Notes: generated from the sequence alone by a model not told the origin. Positions 40,383 through 50,893 are shown, counted from the stretch's first letter. The stretch: DNA of 64,000 nt from Deltaproteobacteria bacterium (GCA_025055295.1 JANWWW010000001.1:1513-65512), one strand, 5' to 3'. A program made the numbers and translations.

Positions 40383-41315
40383 AGCACCTTGATGCCTCGA
40401 AAGACGTTTTTTAGCATTGAGTCATCAGCAGTTTTATTCGTAAAAGATGACATTTGATTTGTCGTTTTCAAATCATAAAATCTCACCTATGCAATGCCGT
40501 AACATAAGAAAGCGTTGTGCGTCGATCTTTTCTACGATATACCACCAAAATTTTATTACTTAGGGGTATTACAAAAGCTGAAGAGTTTGTTGAAAAATTT
40601 AGCTCCACGACAAAGTTCAAAAAATTTAACGGCTTATCATAGAAGTGTGGTTTTTGCCAAATTCACACAACAAGAAATTTTAAAGTCAGGATTTATATAA
40701 TTCTTCCTGTGTTTTAGTTTTATTTCACTAAACTTTAGATCATTTGCCCCGACAAATAAGCAATTTTGAGCGATAAACCAAGCACGAGGTTGTTCCTCAG
40801 GCCGGTTTTGAAAAATAAAACACCTTCCCGGTATACGCTAACGCCTGAAATTAACGTTAGATTTTGGACAAGAGTTATGTTTCAAACGTCGTAGCCCAAG
40901 CGAGTACCACAAACATTCTGTAAAACTGTCTCTGTTCGCCCCGCTGTCTCCGATAAAAATTTTCGACTTAATGTTGTTTTGTTTGCGGAGATAAGTTGGA
41001 TAATCATGTTTAACTGTCTTCACAAATTCGAAGAATCAAATCTAACTTTTGGGGGTTGTATTTTTTGATTGCGATGGTAATTAAAAGTATTGCTCTAAAA
41101 CTGGCACGTCCTAGTTTTTAAATATCACTACTTTTCCGCTGATTTTTACCCATTTTTCGACAACACCCTTTAACGTTTTACAAACAGGGCATCTTTTTAC
41201 TTTTGCCAACATTTGCGCAAAAAAAATTTTTAAAAGCTAACAAAGTTTATTTATCGACCGCTATTCTATAAATTGGTTTTCCAAGGCAGAAAAGACCTCT
41301 ATGTGACAGGTAAAA

Positions 41316-41897
41316 TCAGTACTTCACCGAGCACCCGTAGGCTTTTGTTTCAAAAGGTTTGAAGTCAGGTAGATACGAGCCATCAACCACCTTTTTAATG
41401 TAATTTTCTGCGATCTCAATGTCGCCAGGTTTTGTAGACGGTATGCTGTCAATCGCTCCCTTATAAATAAGTATTCCTTCTTTGAAAATGAAAATGTGAG
41501 GTGTTGTTTTGGCTCCAAATGCCCTGCCGAGTAAACCGTTTGAATCTTTAACAAAAAAATCTCCGTTCCAGTTTTTCTCCTTGAGGGTTTTTTCTATTTC
41601 GTTATCTTCAAGGTACCCTTCCCTTCCTTTTCTGCTAGAGTTAACCGTTACCCATGTCACTTTACCTTTATAGGATTGTTGGTACCGTTGCATGTTGCCA
41701 GAGCCATAATGTTTTTGAACATAAGGGCAAGAGAAATTCGTCCATTCAAAAACTGTTAAACTGCCAAGGGTTACAGGGTTCCCTCTCCAGTCATTCAGGC
41801 TTACATTCAAAGAACTAAAGCTGTCCCCAAGTTTTAATTCAGAAACCAAGTTGAAAAAAAAACACCCCAAGGAACACAAAACAAATTTCTTCAGCAT
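41316..41897 (-). CDS. Secreted thioredoxin-fold redoxin (AhpC/TSA or 1-Cys peroxiredoxin-like)
   Basis: It has a signal peptide. 'EWTNFSCPYVQ' resembles the peroxiredoxin 'FTFVCPTE' motif. 'TPHIFIF' resembles the redoxin 'TP.TFLID' motif. Confidence 0.4.
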   Translation of the reverse strand: MLKKFVLCSLGCFFFNLVSELKLGDSFSSLNVSLNDWRGNPVTLGSLTVFEWTNFSCPYVQKHYGSGNMQRYQQSYKGKVTWVTVNSSRKGREGYLEDNEIEKTLKEKNWNGDFFVKDSNGLLGRAFGAKTTPHIFIFKEGILIYKGAIDSIPSTKPGDIEIAENYIKKVVDGSYLPDFKPFETKAYGCSVKY

Positions 41898-41930
41898 ACT
41901 CTGGTTATCAATAGCAAAAATACAACTATT

Positions 41931-42656
41931 TTACCAGTAACTTTCTGTAATTATGTTCTTTCCCACTGAAAAGCCATGAGGTATCAACAAGTTACACACA
42001 TCGTCTACCATTTGAGGATTTCCGCAAACAAAAGCTATTGTTTTATCTGATGAAAAATTAAAATCTCTAAAAAAATCAGTTACCCTCCCCTCACGCAAAG
42101 TCGGCTCAGTAACTTTTTCTCTTGACACATAAGGCATGTACGTGAAGTTGGTATTAGAATGACAAATTTCACTGAAAAATGAGAAATAGTGTAGCTCCGA
42201 CTTTTTCCTAGCGCCTTGCAACAATAGTATCTTATGATTATTTAGCGCGACTAAGGCGTTAACCATTGGTTTGAACGGGCCAACACCAGAACCAGTGGCA
42301 ACAAATATAATATTTTCTTGATCGCCAACGCGATCTAGCGTCATTTTGCCCTTCGGAATATCTTTGTAGTAGACACTCATTCCAACTTCCAATCCCGCAA
42401 GCTGCTTGCTTACCAAACCACTCTCGACAACAGTAATTAAAAACTCCCAAAAATCATCTTCTGGCAAAGAGCAAATAGAGTACGCTCGAGTCTCGTTCGC
42501 ATTTCTTTCAGACAACGAAAGAGCTGTATATTGACCGGGCTTAAAAGGAGGCATACTCTTTTGCTCAGGATCAACGATTCTCAATATTAATCCAGTGTCG
42601 CCAGATGGGATTTTTTCTTTGACTAATCCTTTTTTCATCCTGAAGTTTTGCCTCAT
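41931..42656 (-). CDS. FNR-family FAD/NAD(P)-binding oxidoreductase
   Basis: It has 'RAYSICS' (the RxYS FAD-binding motif) and 'ATGSGVGP' (the NAD-binding GxGxxP motif). Confidence 0.6.
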   Translation of the reverse strand: MRQNFRMKKGLVKEKIPSGDTGLILRIVDPEQKSMPPFKPGQYTALSLSERNANETRAYSICSLPEDDFWEFLITVVESGLVSKQLAGLEVGMSVYYKDIPKGKMTLDRVGDQENIIFVATGSGVGPFKPMVNALVALNNHKILLLQGARKKSELHYFSFFSEICHSNTNFTYMPYVSREKVTEPTLREGRVTDFFRDFNFSSDKTIAFVCGNPQMVDDVCNLLIPHGFSVGKNIITESYW

Positions 42657-42666
42657 AATTGTATAG

Positions 42667-43128
42667 GTGGAAATTACTTTGTATCAACCTCTTATTCCCC
42701 AAAATGTAGGAGCCATTGCGAGAACATGCGCGGCCACGGGAACATTGCTAAATCTTATAAAACCTTTTCCGTTCGAACTTACAGAAAAACGCGTTAAAAG
42801 AGCCGGACTCGATTACTGGCATCTTGTAAGAGTATCAGTTTGGGAAAGCTGGACTGAGTATTGGAACAGAAAAAAAAATTTCAGGCATTGGTTGATCGAA
42901 ACGCCCGGTAATAGAAATTTTTTCTCTGAAAAATTCGATTTAAACGACATCTTTATTTTCGGCAATGAAACCCAAGGCGTAGACAGTTTTGTCAGAGATT
43001 TATTGAAGGATTGTTTGTATATTCCGGTTGTGCCAGAAACTGTTAGAAGCCTCAATCTGAGCAATTGTGTGGCTATTGTAGTTTACGAATGTCTCAGACA
43101 AAACCAGTTTAGGGGCATTTCCATATAG
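42667..43128 (+). CDS. trmL: SpoU-class tRNA (cytidine/uridine-2'-O)-methyltransferase TrmL
   Basis: It is 153 aa. It has 'ITLYQPLIPQNVGAIARTCAATGTLLNLI' and a C-terminal 'LNLSNCVAIVVYE', which resembles YibK/TrmL. Confidence 0.65.
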   Translation: MEITLYQPLIPQNVGAIARTCAATGTLLNLIKPFPFELTEKRVKRAGLDYWHLVRVSVWESWTEYWNRKKNFRHWLIETPGNRNFFSEKFDLNDIFIFGNETQGVDSFVRDLLKDCLYIPVVPETVRSLNLSNCVAIVVYECLRQNQFRGISI

Positions 43129-43589
43129 GTAGTTGTGCCAGACACATTTCAATTCGTCAACGATCATTAAAACATGAACAAACTTGTGAATCTATCAATG
43201 TGGTAAAGATTTCTAGAGTTGCTCAATAGATCTTGATTTACAAGAAACCGGTTTCCACGCTGCATCATATGCTAGGACTCAAACGTAAACATGGTAGCAT
43301 TGCCGTTTACGACTAAAAAGTTAAATATCATTGAATATTTCAGTCTTAAAACCAAGCTGTAAAAAATTTAACGTTTTATTAGGAGGTTATTTTTAGCTTT
43401 TTGCCAAGTTGTTTGGGCTCACTGGTTTTTTTTAACAAGCCCGTACTGTGTTAGGTCGTATATTTGAAGACCTTCATTTTTAATTAATTTACGTTAATGC
43501 GGTTTGGCAGACACTAATCCAAAAGCTTTTTAACTGCTTTTATCCGAAAAGATAAAAAAAGGTCAAAAGATGAAATTATTTTTATACTC

Positions 43590-43913
43590 CTACTCGCACC
43601 CGGCTTTTAAAGGTAGTATGCTCTTTGGCAATTTCTTTAACAGTCTGCGATTTAACTTCGATTCATCTTCACTTATTCCCAATTTTTCAAGAAAAGCCTG
43701 CCGATTTATGCCTAAATGTTTGCAAATGAACCTAAACGAAAATGGCCAATCCTCCTCTTTACTCAGAAAATAATCAATCGCTAGTCGTTTTTCTCTGCCT
43801 TTAAGTTGAAGGTCATAAAGCGCGTTGAGCAAAATCCCTAACATCAGGTCAGATTGTGACCTGAAAATATCACTAAGTGTCACATCTTCTAACCAATAAC
43901 GATCAACCCTCAT
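43590..43913 (-). CDS. Hypothetical protein (107 aa)
   Basis: It is an ORF only. Confidence 0.3.
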   Translation of the reverse strand: MRVDRYWLEDVTLSDIFRSQSDLMLGILLNALYDLQLKGREKRLAIDYFLSKEEDWPFSFRFICKHLGINRQAFLEKLGISEDESKLNRRLLKKLPKSILPLKAGCE

Positions 43914-44021
43914 CTAAATATTATGATGCGTTCTCTTATCTTATATCGACAACTTTTGTATTTTGCTTCAGTTTCAGAAAATTTTTTTTCAGGGTTTGTG
44001 ATATCGTAAAATAAAAGTCAG

Positions 44022-46538
44022 ATGAAGGTTAGCGAGATTTTTGGCGTAAATTCTTGGCTTTACAATGAACGCATAGTGAAAAATGTTGAGCAAACCTTGT
44101 CATGTAACGACGAGTTGCCTCACATTTCTTTGAACGGCCGAGGCTCAGCGGCAACACTTTCAGCTCACGATCAGTCAGCTTTGCTACTCGGGGCATTCAA
44201 AACGTGGATTGTCGATCATTCTTATCTTCTTGCCAACCTGTGCCCTCTTCAGTCAGCAACAAAATATTTTCAAAAAAAAACATCTGAGGAGTTAGTGGAA
44301 GATTTTCTCGCAGAAGTTGACATAAACGTTAGTGCCATGAATACCGATCTTTACCGCAAGCTTCTGTTGGAAACAGATATTTTCAAAAAACCATTTGCGG
44401 TAAAACTCACAGGCTTGAATCATGATGAAAGAAGGTTCATCGTTAATAGTCTCTACGGAGACGCCCCGGACAACAAGAAATACGAAGAAGTCTTCTTTGA
44501 GGCAAGTCTTAAAGCTTGTTTGCTTGAAGAGGCCCTCCACAAAAGGTTTGTCGGAGCAAAGAGGTTTTCGATAGAAGGACTGGAGACGTTTATTGGATCA
44601 ATATGCGTATTGAAGCATTTGGCGGCAGATCGAAATATAGAGAATATCGTTCTTGCGATGGCTCATAGAGGCCGTCTGCCAGCATTAGTAATATGGGGAA
44701 ACCTTGACATTGGATCTTTACAAGCTGGATTTAACGGATCAATTGATCCAGACGGATTAACGGGCGACGTGAAATACCACTGGGGTTACAGTTCGATTGA
44801 AGCATTAAATGGTCGTGAATTAAAATTAGACATACTTCCAAATCCAAGTCATTTAGAGTCCGTAAATCCTTTGCTATTTGGGTATTTAAGAGGAAGAGCC
44901 CAAAACAATGTAAAAGCACTAGGAATTCTAGCTCACGGGAACGCAGCGCTTTGCGGACAGGGAGTTAACCAGGAACTTCTTAATTTCGCCGGCATAAAAG
45001 GCTTTGAAACGCCACCAGTAATTCATTTTGTTTTAGACAATTTGTTAGGGTTCACCGCAACGCCGGTTGAGGAAAAAACATCTTTATTTTCGAGTGACAT
45101 ATTCAGCGCATTTGGCGTTCCGATCATCTTTGTCAACGCAACTAACCTTGATGCGGTTTTAAAAGTAGTAAATATAGCGTTTGAATATTGTCAAAACTTC
45201 AATAAAAGCTGCGCGATCCACCTTTTTGGTTACAGACGCTACGGACACAACGAAGGAGATGATCCTACTGTGACACAACCGCTTATGTACGAGGAAATTA
45301 AAAACCTAAAAAGTCCTGTTTATTACCATAGTAAAAAATTGAATTTAAAGGTAAAGCTCGATGAAGCGTTATCTTTAGGCCACGATGCAGCAGGACAGAA
45401 AAAGCAACCACGCTTAGCTCCGCCGAGATCATCGCCAAATGAGCATATTTTAAACAGCCAACTTTTGTCTGAAATTGCAGATTTTTTAGAAAAACAACTG
45501 CAAGACGTCAATCTCCACCCAAAGGTGAACGAATTATTTCAAAAAAGGCTTGATAATTTAAGGAAAGGCGGTGACATTGATTGGGGCCTAGGAGAGTTTA
45601 TCGCTTTTGCTGCAATAATGAAGGGAGGGAAGAATATAAGGCTCGTAGGAGAGGACTCTAAACGCGGAACTTTTTCACACAGACATTTGGCCGTTTGGGA
45701 TACAAAGACAGAAGCTGATAAGGTTTTGCTGGATGGATTTGCGGGACGCAAGTGCGAAGCGCTCAATTCTGCATTAAGCGAATACGGAGTACTCGGTTTT
45801 GAAGCGGGAGTCTCTTTGGGAGATCCAAAAGTCTTTTGTTTATGGGAGGCTCAGTTTGGTGATTTTGTAAACGGAGCTCAAATTATCATTGATCAATACT
45901 TTAGCTCTTCATGGGAAAAATGGGGTATCAGTTTCCCAATAACGCTTCTGTTGCCGCATGGTCAGGAGGGAGCAGGGCCGGAGCACTCTAGCGCCAGAAT
46001 AGAAAGGTTCTTACAATTGTCAGCCAACAACAACTGGACCCTGATCCAACCGACAACTGTTGAAAACTACATAACAGCCCTTTTAAGGCAGGCTTCATCA
46101 GAAAAGCCGTGCATAATATTTACGCCCAAAAGTCTTTTAAGACAAAAAAACACTTTTTTTGCTGGAGATGGGATTGAGAAGGCGAGTTTTCACCCATATT
46201 ACTATGTTAAGCGAGGTGGCGAAAGCCTTGTCATCTGTTCAGGCAAAGCAAGATTTGTCGTTGAGAGCAAGTCAAAAGCTGATATACTTGTGCTGGAACA
46301 GCTCTTCCCGATTGATTTGGAGCAAATCAGGCAGATAACGGAAGGATACCGATCAACTTACATTTTTCAGGAAGAGCCTCGAAATCAGGGAATAGCGATG
46401 TGGCTTCTTACTTCATTAAGCGAAAAACCGATACACATTATTTCTCCGGCCTCAATTGCAGCCAGCGCAGTCGGTTTAGAGACCTTGTTCCGAAGTCAGC
46501 AAGAAGAAATAATTCAACAACTAAGTAGCATAAATTAG
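44022..46538 (+). CDS. sucA: 2-oxoglutarate dehydrogenase E1 component
   Basis: It has 'LAHGNAALCGQGV', which resembles the KGD/SucA 'HGDAAFAGQGVV' ThDP region. It has 'GYRRYGHNEGDDP' (the conserved RxGHNExD region). The size is 838 aa. Confidence 0.75.
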   Translation: MKVSEIFGVNSWLYNERIVKNVEQTLSCNDELPHISLNGRGSAATLSAHDQSALLLGAFKTWIVDHSYLLANLCPLQSATKYFQKKTSEELVEDFLAEVDINVSAMNTDLYRKLLLETDIFKKPFAVKLTGLNHDERRFIVNSLYGDAPDNKKYEEVFFEASLKACLLEEALHKRFVGAKRFSIEGLETFIGSICVLKHLAADRNIENIVLAMAHRGRLPALVIWGNLDIGSLQAGFNGSIDPDGLTGDVKYHWGYSSIEALNGRELKLDILPNPSHLESVNPLLFGYLRGRAQNNVKALGILAHGNAALCGQGVNQELLNFAGIKGFETPPVIHFVLDNLLGFTATPVEEKTSLFSSDIFSAFGVPIIFVNATNLDAVLKVVNIAFEYCQNFNKSCAIHLFGYRRYGHNEGDDPTVTQPLMYEEIKNLKSPVYYHSKKLNLKVKLDEALSLGHDAAGQKKQPRLAPPRSSPNEHILNSQLLSEIADFLEKQLQDVNLHPKVNELFQKRLDNLRKGGDIDWGLGEFIAFAAIMKGGKNIRLVGEDSKRGTFSHRHLAVWDTKTEADKVLLDGFAGRKCEALNSALSEYGVLGFEAGVSLGDPKVFCLWEAQFGDFVNGAQIIIDQYFSSSWEKWGISFPITLLLPHGQEGAGPEHSSARIERFLQLSANNNWTLIQPTTVENYITALLRQASSEKPCIIFTPKSLLRQKNTFFAGDGIEKASFHPYYYVKRGGESLVICSGKARFVVESKSKADILVLEQLFPIDLEQIRQITEGYRSTYIFQEEPRNQGIAMWLLTSLSEKPIHIISPASIAASAVGLETLFRSQQEEIIQQLSSIN

Positions 46539-46674
46539 TTTCCATTACGCTTCAGAGCACGCACTGCCTAGGCATTTCAAGTCTTTTATTGAATGTTTTG
46601 TAACATGTGTTTTCGCGATCATTTGAGAGCCCACTTTTTCCTCTGTTTAATCATCTATTCTTTAAATTCCCATA

Positions 46675-46708
46675 AATGGTAACCATGGGGCGGTTTACCA
46701 TTGTTTTT
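46675..46708 (+). terminator. Candidate Rho-independent terminator downstream of sucA
   Basis: The stem is AATGGTAA/TTACCATT (8 bp) with a 12-nt loop. It is followed by GTTTTT. Confidence 0.35.
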
Positions 46709-46901
46709 AAAGTGGGAGGTATTGAGGTTTTTTGGGGCTCAAGCTTCATTCTGTGATCACCTTTTATGAGACTGGGTAGTAAGTGGTTTCAGGGTAACGC
46801 CATGCTATATACAACTTTGCGACTAAAAGCTCGCTTCAGCTTGCTTTTTAACTTCATATCAAACAACCAGTTGAGGTAGACTTGTTAATGGTCAATTATC
46901 C

Positions 46902-47969
46902 GTGAGCGGGTTCAATCAACAAGTTATTTTCAATTATCATTTCAAAAACAAAAGATTTGCGAGAAACAGCGTGGCAATTGTAAAGGAACAACAATCGGTA
47001 ACTCCAATGTCGGTTGTCTTGGAATCGACAAGCAACCCTGACTACATAGAACTCTCTGTATCCAAGCACTATCAGCTTTCTAAACGCCAATTTGTCAGCG
47101 GGTTGAGGGTAGAAGAGAATGACAACATATCCAAAGATCAACTTCTGTTTCATCTCAAGGGCTTCTTAGGTGTGGGCTCAATCCAACTCAAATCTCCAGT
47201 GGATGGCAAGATTTTTGTTTTATCAGCAGACGACCAAAAAATTATACTGGAACATCGCTCGCCGCCTAGGCAAATCTTTTCTTTTTATCAAGGGATAGTG
47301 GTAGGAGTTGGCGAAAACTTTGTAGAGATTGAGGGCAAGGGTCATTATTTGCAGGGCGTTTACGGGGTGGGTGGAGAGGTTTATGGAATTATGAAAAATT
47401 TGAAGCTGTACAACTCAACCCTCTTATGTGAGGACGTAACCGTTGAGTTTTGCGGATACATTTTAGTAGGTGTTAAAACTGTTGAAAAAGGAGTTTTAAC
47501 CCGACTTAGAGAGATCGGGGCAAAAGGTATAATCGTGGCTTATCTTAGTCCCGAGAATTTGTCAGAGTTAGGTGTCGATGTTTCAGCAAACGTTTCGATT
47601 GATTTAAACGGATTTGCCGTTATTTTAACAGAAAGATTTTCTGAGAGTTCTTTTCAGAAACGGGTCATAGATTTTTTCGAAGCCTTTGACGGTTGCCAAG
47701 TCTCTGTATCCGCTTTCACTCAAATACGGGCAGGATCGACAAGACCTGAAATTTATGTTTGGGGGCCAGACAAGGCTTGTTGTAGTAAACCTGCTTTTAG
47801 GGTAGTTGCAGATCCATACTGGAACGAAATATTTGAAGAAATGGAATTGTTGTCAAACGAAACCGTTTTCCCTTCAGGGATCAAGGCTTCGTCGTGTATC
47901 CTTAAAAAGAATGGTCAAAAAAAGACTATACCGGGTGTAAATATCGAAAAGATTACCATTTTTTCATAA
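46902..47969 (+). CDS. Hypothetical protein; the start is probably at an internal Met
   Basis: It is an ORF only. Its 3' end overlaps the convergent LigT-like gene by 17 nt. Confidence 0.35.
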   Translation: MSGFNQQVIFNYHFKNKRFARNSVAIVKEQQSVTPMSVVLESTSNPDYIELSVSKHYQLSKRQFVSGLRVEENDNISKDQLLFHLKGFLGVGSIQLKSPVDGKIFVLSADDQKIILEHRSPPRQIFSFYQGIVVGVGENFVEIEGKGHYLQGVYGVGGEVYGIMKNLKLYNSTLLCEDVTVEFCGYILVGVKTVEKGVLTRLREIGAKGIIVAYLSPENLSELGVDVSANVSIDLNGFAVILTERFSESSFQKRVIDFFEAFDGCQVSVSAFTQIRAGSTRPEIYVWGPDKACCSKPAFRVVADPYWNEIFEEMELLSNETVFPSGIKASSCILKKNGQKKTIPGVNIEKITIFS

Positions 47970-48471
47970 CAATGATTTCCTCGTATCTTGGGCCTTTTTG
48001 ACCCAGAACACTGTTATAAAGCGCTATTTTAGTCGGTTTAATTTGTATGGGCATATTAACTTTGTATTCAAGATCAACACAAGGAGCTATTCGCAAAAAA
48101 GTTATGTGAGGGATGAACTCGGCATTTATTTTTTTTGCCCACCCAACTATTTGACTGTAGTCACCGTCAAACCAATAGATTGCCTCAGTACGTTTTTTAA
48201 AAAGTGAAACAGATTTTACTTCAAACATTAACTCGTCTGGCATAGACTGGATAACAGCTTGATAATTACGTAAAAAACCCGCAAGGCTGTCACCATCGAT
48301 ATTGCCCAAAAACTTTACGGTCAGGTGAATGTTTTTTGGTTGAACCCGTTTTATTTTGAAATGTTTATCACTCAATATTTTTTTGTTTTGGATTATAAAG
48401 TCTTCTGCTGTTGCGTATAATTTTTGCTTATCATCGTCACTAAAATCGAATGCAACAAAGTAACGCGCCAC
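47953..48471 (-). CDS. 2H-family phosphoesterase (RNA 2',3'-cyclic phosphodiesterase, LigT/ThpR-like)
   Basis: It has two HxT/S motifs, 'IHLTVKFLG' and 'PHITFLRI'. Confidence 0.6.
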   Translation of the reverse strand: MARYFVAFDFSDDDKQKLYATAEDFIIQNKKILSDKHFKIKRVQPKNIHLTVKFLGNIDGDSLAGFLRNYQAVIQSMPDELMFEVKSVSLFKKRTEAIYWFDGDYSQIVGWAKKINAEFIPHITFLRIAPCVDLEYKVNMPIQIKPTKIALYNSVLGQKGPRYEEIIVMKKW

Positions 48472-49088
48472 AACGCTGTATAAAAATCTTATATCAAGAT
48501 AAATACATAATAGTAGCTTACAAGCCTAGGCCCCTGGATTTTCACACTGACAGATTAAATTTTATTCACCTTATAAATGAAAAATTGGGTTTCAGGGTAT
48601 ATCCAGTCCATCGTCTTGACAAAGATGTAGATGGTGTAGTGATTTTTGGAAAAACTCCTTATACTTCAAATGTTCTTGTTTGTCAGTTCAAGGATAAAAG
48701 AATTGAAAAGTTTTATCTGGCAGTCGTCAAAGGTAATTTGGAAAAAAAGATGCTAATTAAGAAACCGATCAAAATTAAAGGTAAGTGCTTAAGAGCTGAA
48801 ACATTTGTTTGGCCTATCGAAACCGTTAATAATCAAACTCTTGTAAAAATTATAACCGAAAGTGGCAGGTTTCATCAGATAAAGACACACCTTTATCAAG
48901 CGGGTTATCCAATTATAAGAGACAGAAATGGCTGCTTGTTGTCAGCCGTAATGATATCTTTTATTCATCCTCGATCAAAAAAAAGATTACTTGTGTCTTG
49001 TATAAAAAATTCGCGTACCTTTCGCTACTGGATTGATTACACGGGAACGACACCACGCATTAACAGACGAAGCCTACTATCAGGTTGA
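48450..49088 (+). CDS. RluA-family pseudouridine synthase
   Basis: It has 'PVHRLDKDVDGVVIFGKT' (the HRLD catalytic Asp motif). Confidence 0.7.
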   Translation: MQQSNAPQRCIKILYQDKYIIVAYKPRPLDFHTDRLNFIHLINEKLGFRVYPVHRLDKDVDGVVIFGKTPYTSNVLVCQFKDKRIEKFYLAVVKGNLEKKMLIKKPIKIKGKCLRAETFVWPIETVNNQTLVKIITESGRFHQIKTHLYQAGYPIIRDRNGCLLSAVMISFIHPRSKKRLLVSCIKNSRTFRYWIDYTGTTPRINRRSLLSG

Positions 49089-49124
49089 GAAAGCCGCACC
49101 ACGCTGTTAAAATTTAATGTCGCA

Positions 49125-49198
49125 GGGTGTTTAGCTCAGTTGGTTAGAGCGCCAGCCTTACAAGCTGGAGGTCGTAGGTTCGAATCCTGCAACACCCA
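49125..49198 (+). tRNA. tRNA-Val (anticodon TAC)
   Basis: It is a 74-nt cloverleaf with acceptor GGGTGTT/AACACCC. The anticodon stem is CCAGC/GCTGG and the loop is CTTACAA. The T-arm is GTAGG-TTCGAAT-CCTGC. Confidence 0.85.
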
Positions 49199-49250
49199 AA
49201 GAAAGTGTAATTTCGGCAAATAATAATGAACAAGCTTTGAGAACTACCAA

Positions 49251-50537
49251 ATGGTGTTTGCAGTAATTCTATTCTTCGTTTTCGTCTCTTGCTCCTCAAT
49301 AAATGAAAAACCTATTCAAGGGTTTAATTCGGATTTCATACAGTTCTTAAAAACCTTAATTGACTCCAATGAGCTCTTCAAAGCGTTAGAAGACACGGAA
49401 AATTCGGAAACATACTTAGCCAAGCTTAACACCCTCCGATCTCAAAAAGAGTTGCTTAACGTCGACGCTTTTGGATTTTTTCCAAAAGGTGAATTACTTC
49501 TCAATATCGGGGATAAACCCTTCCTATCACCAGGGAGTACCAATACGGAATTGAGAACTTACTGGGACATGGATATCCTCGGATTGCAAAGAAAAATATA
49601 CCAGTCAAACAAAGCTTTGGTTGAAGCAGGGGAAAATGATCTTATATGGTTGGACAGATTGCTTAAATATCAGATTGCGTTGAACTATGTTACAGTCGCG
49701 TTTTTTAACAGATACAAGGAAATCGTAGCAGACACTTGCACCCGCCTTCAGGATATTTACAACGTAGCTGAAAAAAAATTCACCTTGGGCGTTCTAACAA
49801 AAGATCAGGCTATTCTGGCTAAATTAGAAGCAAGACTATGCGAGGATGAATTACTTCGGGCAAGTCTTGACATACTTGAAGCCATAAAGAATATACGAGG
49901 TCTGTATCCCAGCTCCTCTGATTTTGCTTTTACCCTCTCTCTTAAAGATCGCCCTCAAATAAAGACAGACCTTGATGTAGTCAAAATAGCCATGTCGCGT
50001 CCTGACGTTAGAGCTGCTTTAAAAAAAATGGAAGCTGCTACAAAAATTAAAGATGCTTCTATTTTGTCTGCACTGCCAAAGATTACTCTAGAAGGCATCA
50101 TGTCAGTTTCTACAGACACGCTCGCTGATATTGATCCAAGTGATTTCGATGGTTATTTGGCTATTAATTTTTTTCAGCCACTTCTTAGCTTAGTTGAAAA
50201 AGCCTTTAAATCTAAAAGCTCACATTATTTGTCGTTGGCCTCGTTACACGAGTTCAACCACGCGGTAAACACGGTCGTTGCAGAGGTCATTTGGACGATT
50301 AACACGCTCCAGGTTGCCAAAAAGCGACTTGATTTGCTGTCTGAGGGGGTCGAAGAATACAGAGAGGCAGTAAAAATATCCAATATGCGCTTTAGAGAAG
50401 GTTTATCAAATCTCATTGAAGTTTTGAAAGTTGAAGCGAATTATTTTAAGTTCCTGACCCAGAAAAATTTTTCAGAATATATGTTGGTTGTTTCCTATTT
50501 AAATCTTGCCAAAAGCGTCCCCAACCTTATTGAATGA
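49251..50537 (+). CDS. Outer-membrane efflux protein-like lipoprotein (TolC/OMF family candidate)
   Basis: It has an N-terminal lipoprotein signal ('FVFVSCSS'). It has long helical and coiled-coil repeat segments typical of OMF proteins. The call rests on architecture, not on a diagnostic motif. Confidence 0.35.
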   Translation: MVFAVILFFVFVSCSSINEKPIQGFNSDFIQFLKTLIDSNELFKALEDTENSETYLAKLNTLRSQKELLNVDAFGFFPKGELLLNIGDKPFLSPGSTNTELRTYWDMDILGLQRKIYQSNKALVEAGENDLIWLDRLLKYQIALNYVTVAFFNRYKEIVADTCTRLQDIYNVAEKKFTLGVLTKDQAILAKLEARLCEDELLRASLDILEAIKNIRGLYPSSSDFAFTLSLKDRPQIKTDLDVVKIAMSRPDVRAALKKMEAATKIKDASILSALPKITLEGIMSVSTDTLADIDPSDFDGYLAINFFQPLLSLVEKAFKSKSSHYLSLASLHEFNHAVNTVVAEVIWTINTLQVAKKRLDLLSEGVEEYREAVKISNMRFREGLSNLIEVLKVEANYFKFLTQKNFSEYMLVVSYLNLAKSVPNLIE

Positions 50538-50893
50538 CCTTTTGAAACTCCCTTATTTTCTCCTCAAGGCTCCGGACCAGCTCAATAACTCTTTCACGCA
50601 CGTCTTCGCAAACGATTGAGATCAAAGTGCCTGTTTGACTAATCGTTAAATCTGAGTTGGCGGTTTCCTTTGCAATCCATAAAGCCAAGCTCTCAAGATG
50701 CTCGAGTCGACTTTCGATCTCAATTAATTCCCTAACAGAGTACAAATCACCCATTTAAACTTTTGATTATTGTTTGTGACACCTGGTTGAAAAATAAATT
50801 TTATCTAAAAAAATTTGAAACTTTTGCCGTTATTTAAGAATCAAATAAATTAGAGTCCTCTAAGTCTTATTTTGACCGCAGCGCCGGGGCTGG

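Noticed and set aside
41100-41125. CTGGCACG motif, considered as a sigma-54 promoter
   Set aside because: The -12 region reads GTTTTT and lacks the GC dinucleotide, and it does not sit upstream of a gene start.
50527-50754. 75-aa minus-strand ORF overlapping the TolC-like gene stop, considered as a small toxin or antitoxin
   Set aside because: It has no partner ORF, no recognisable motif, and overlaps a longer gene end. There is insufficient evidence to call it.
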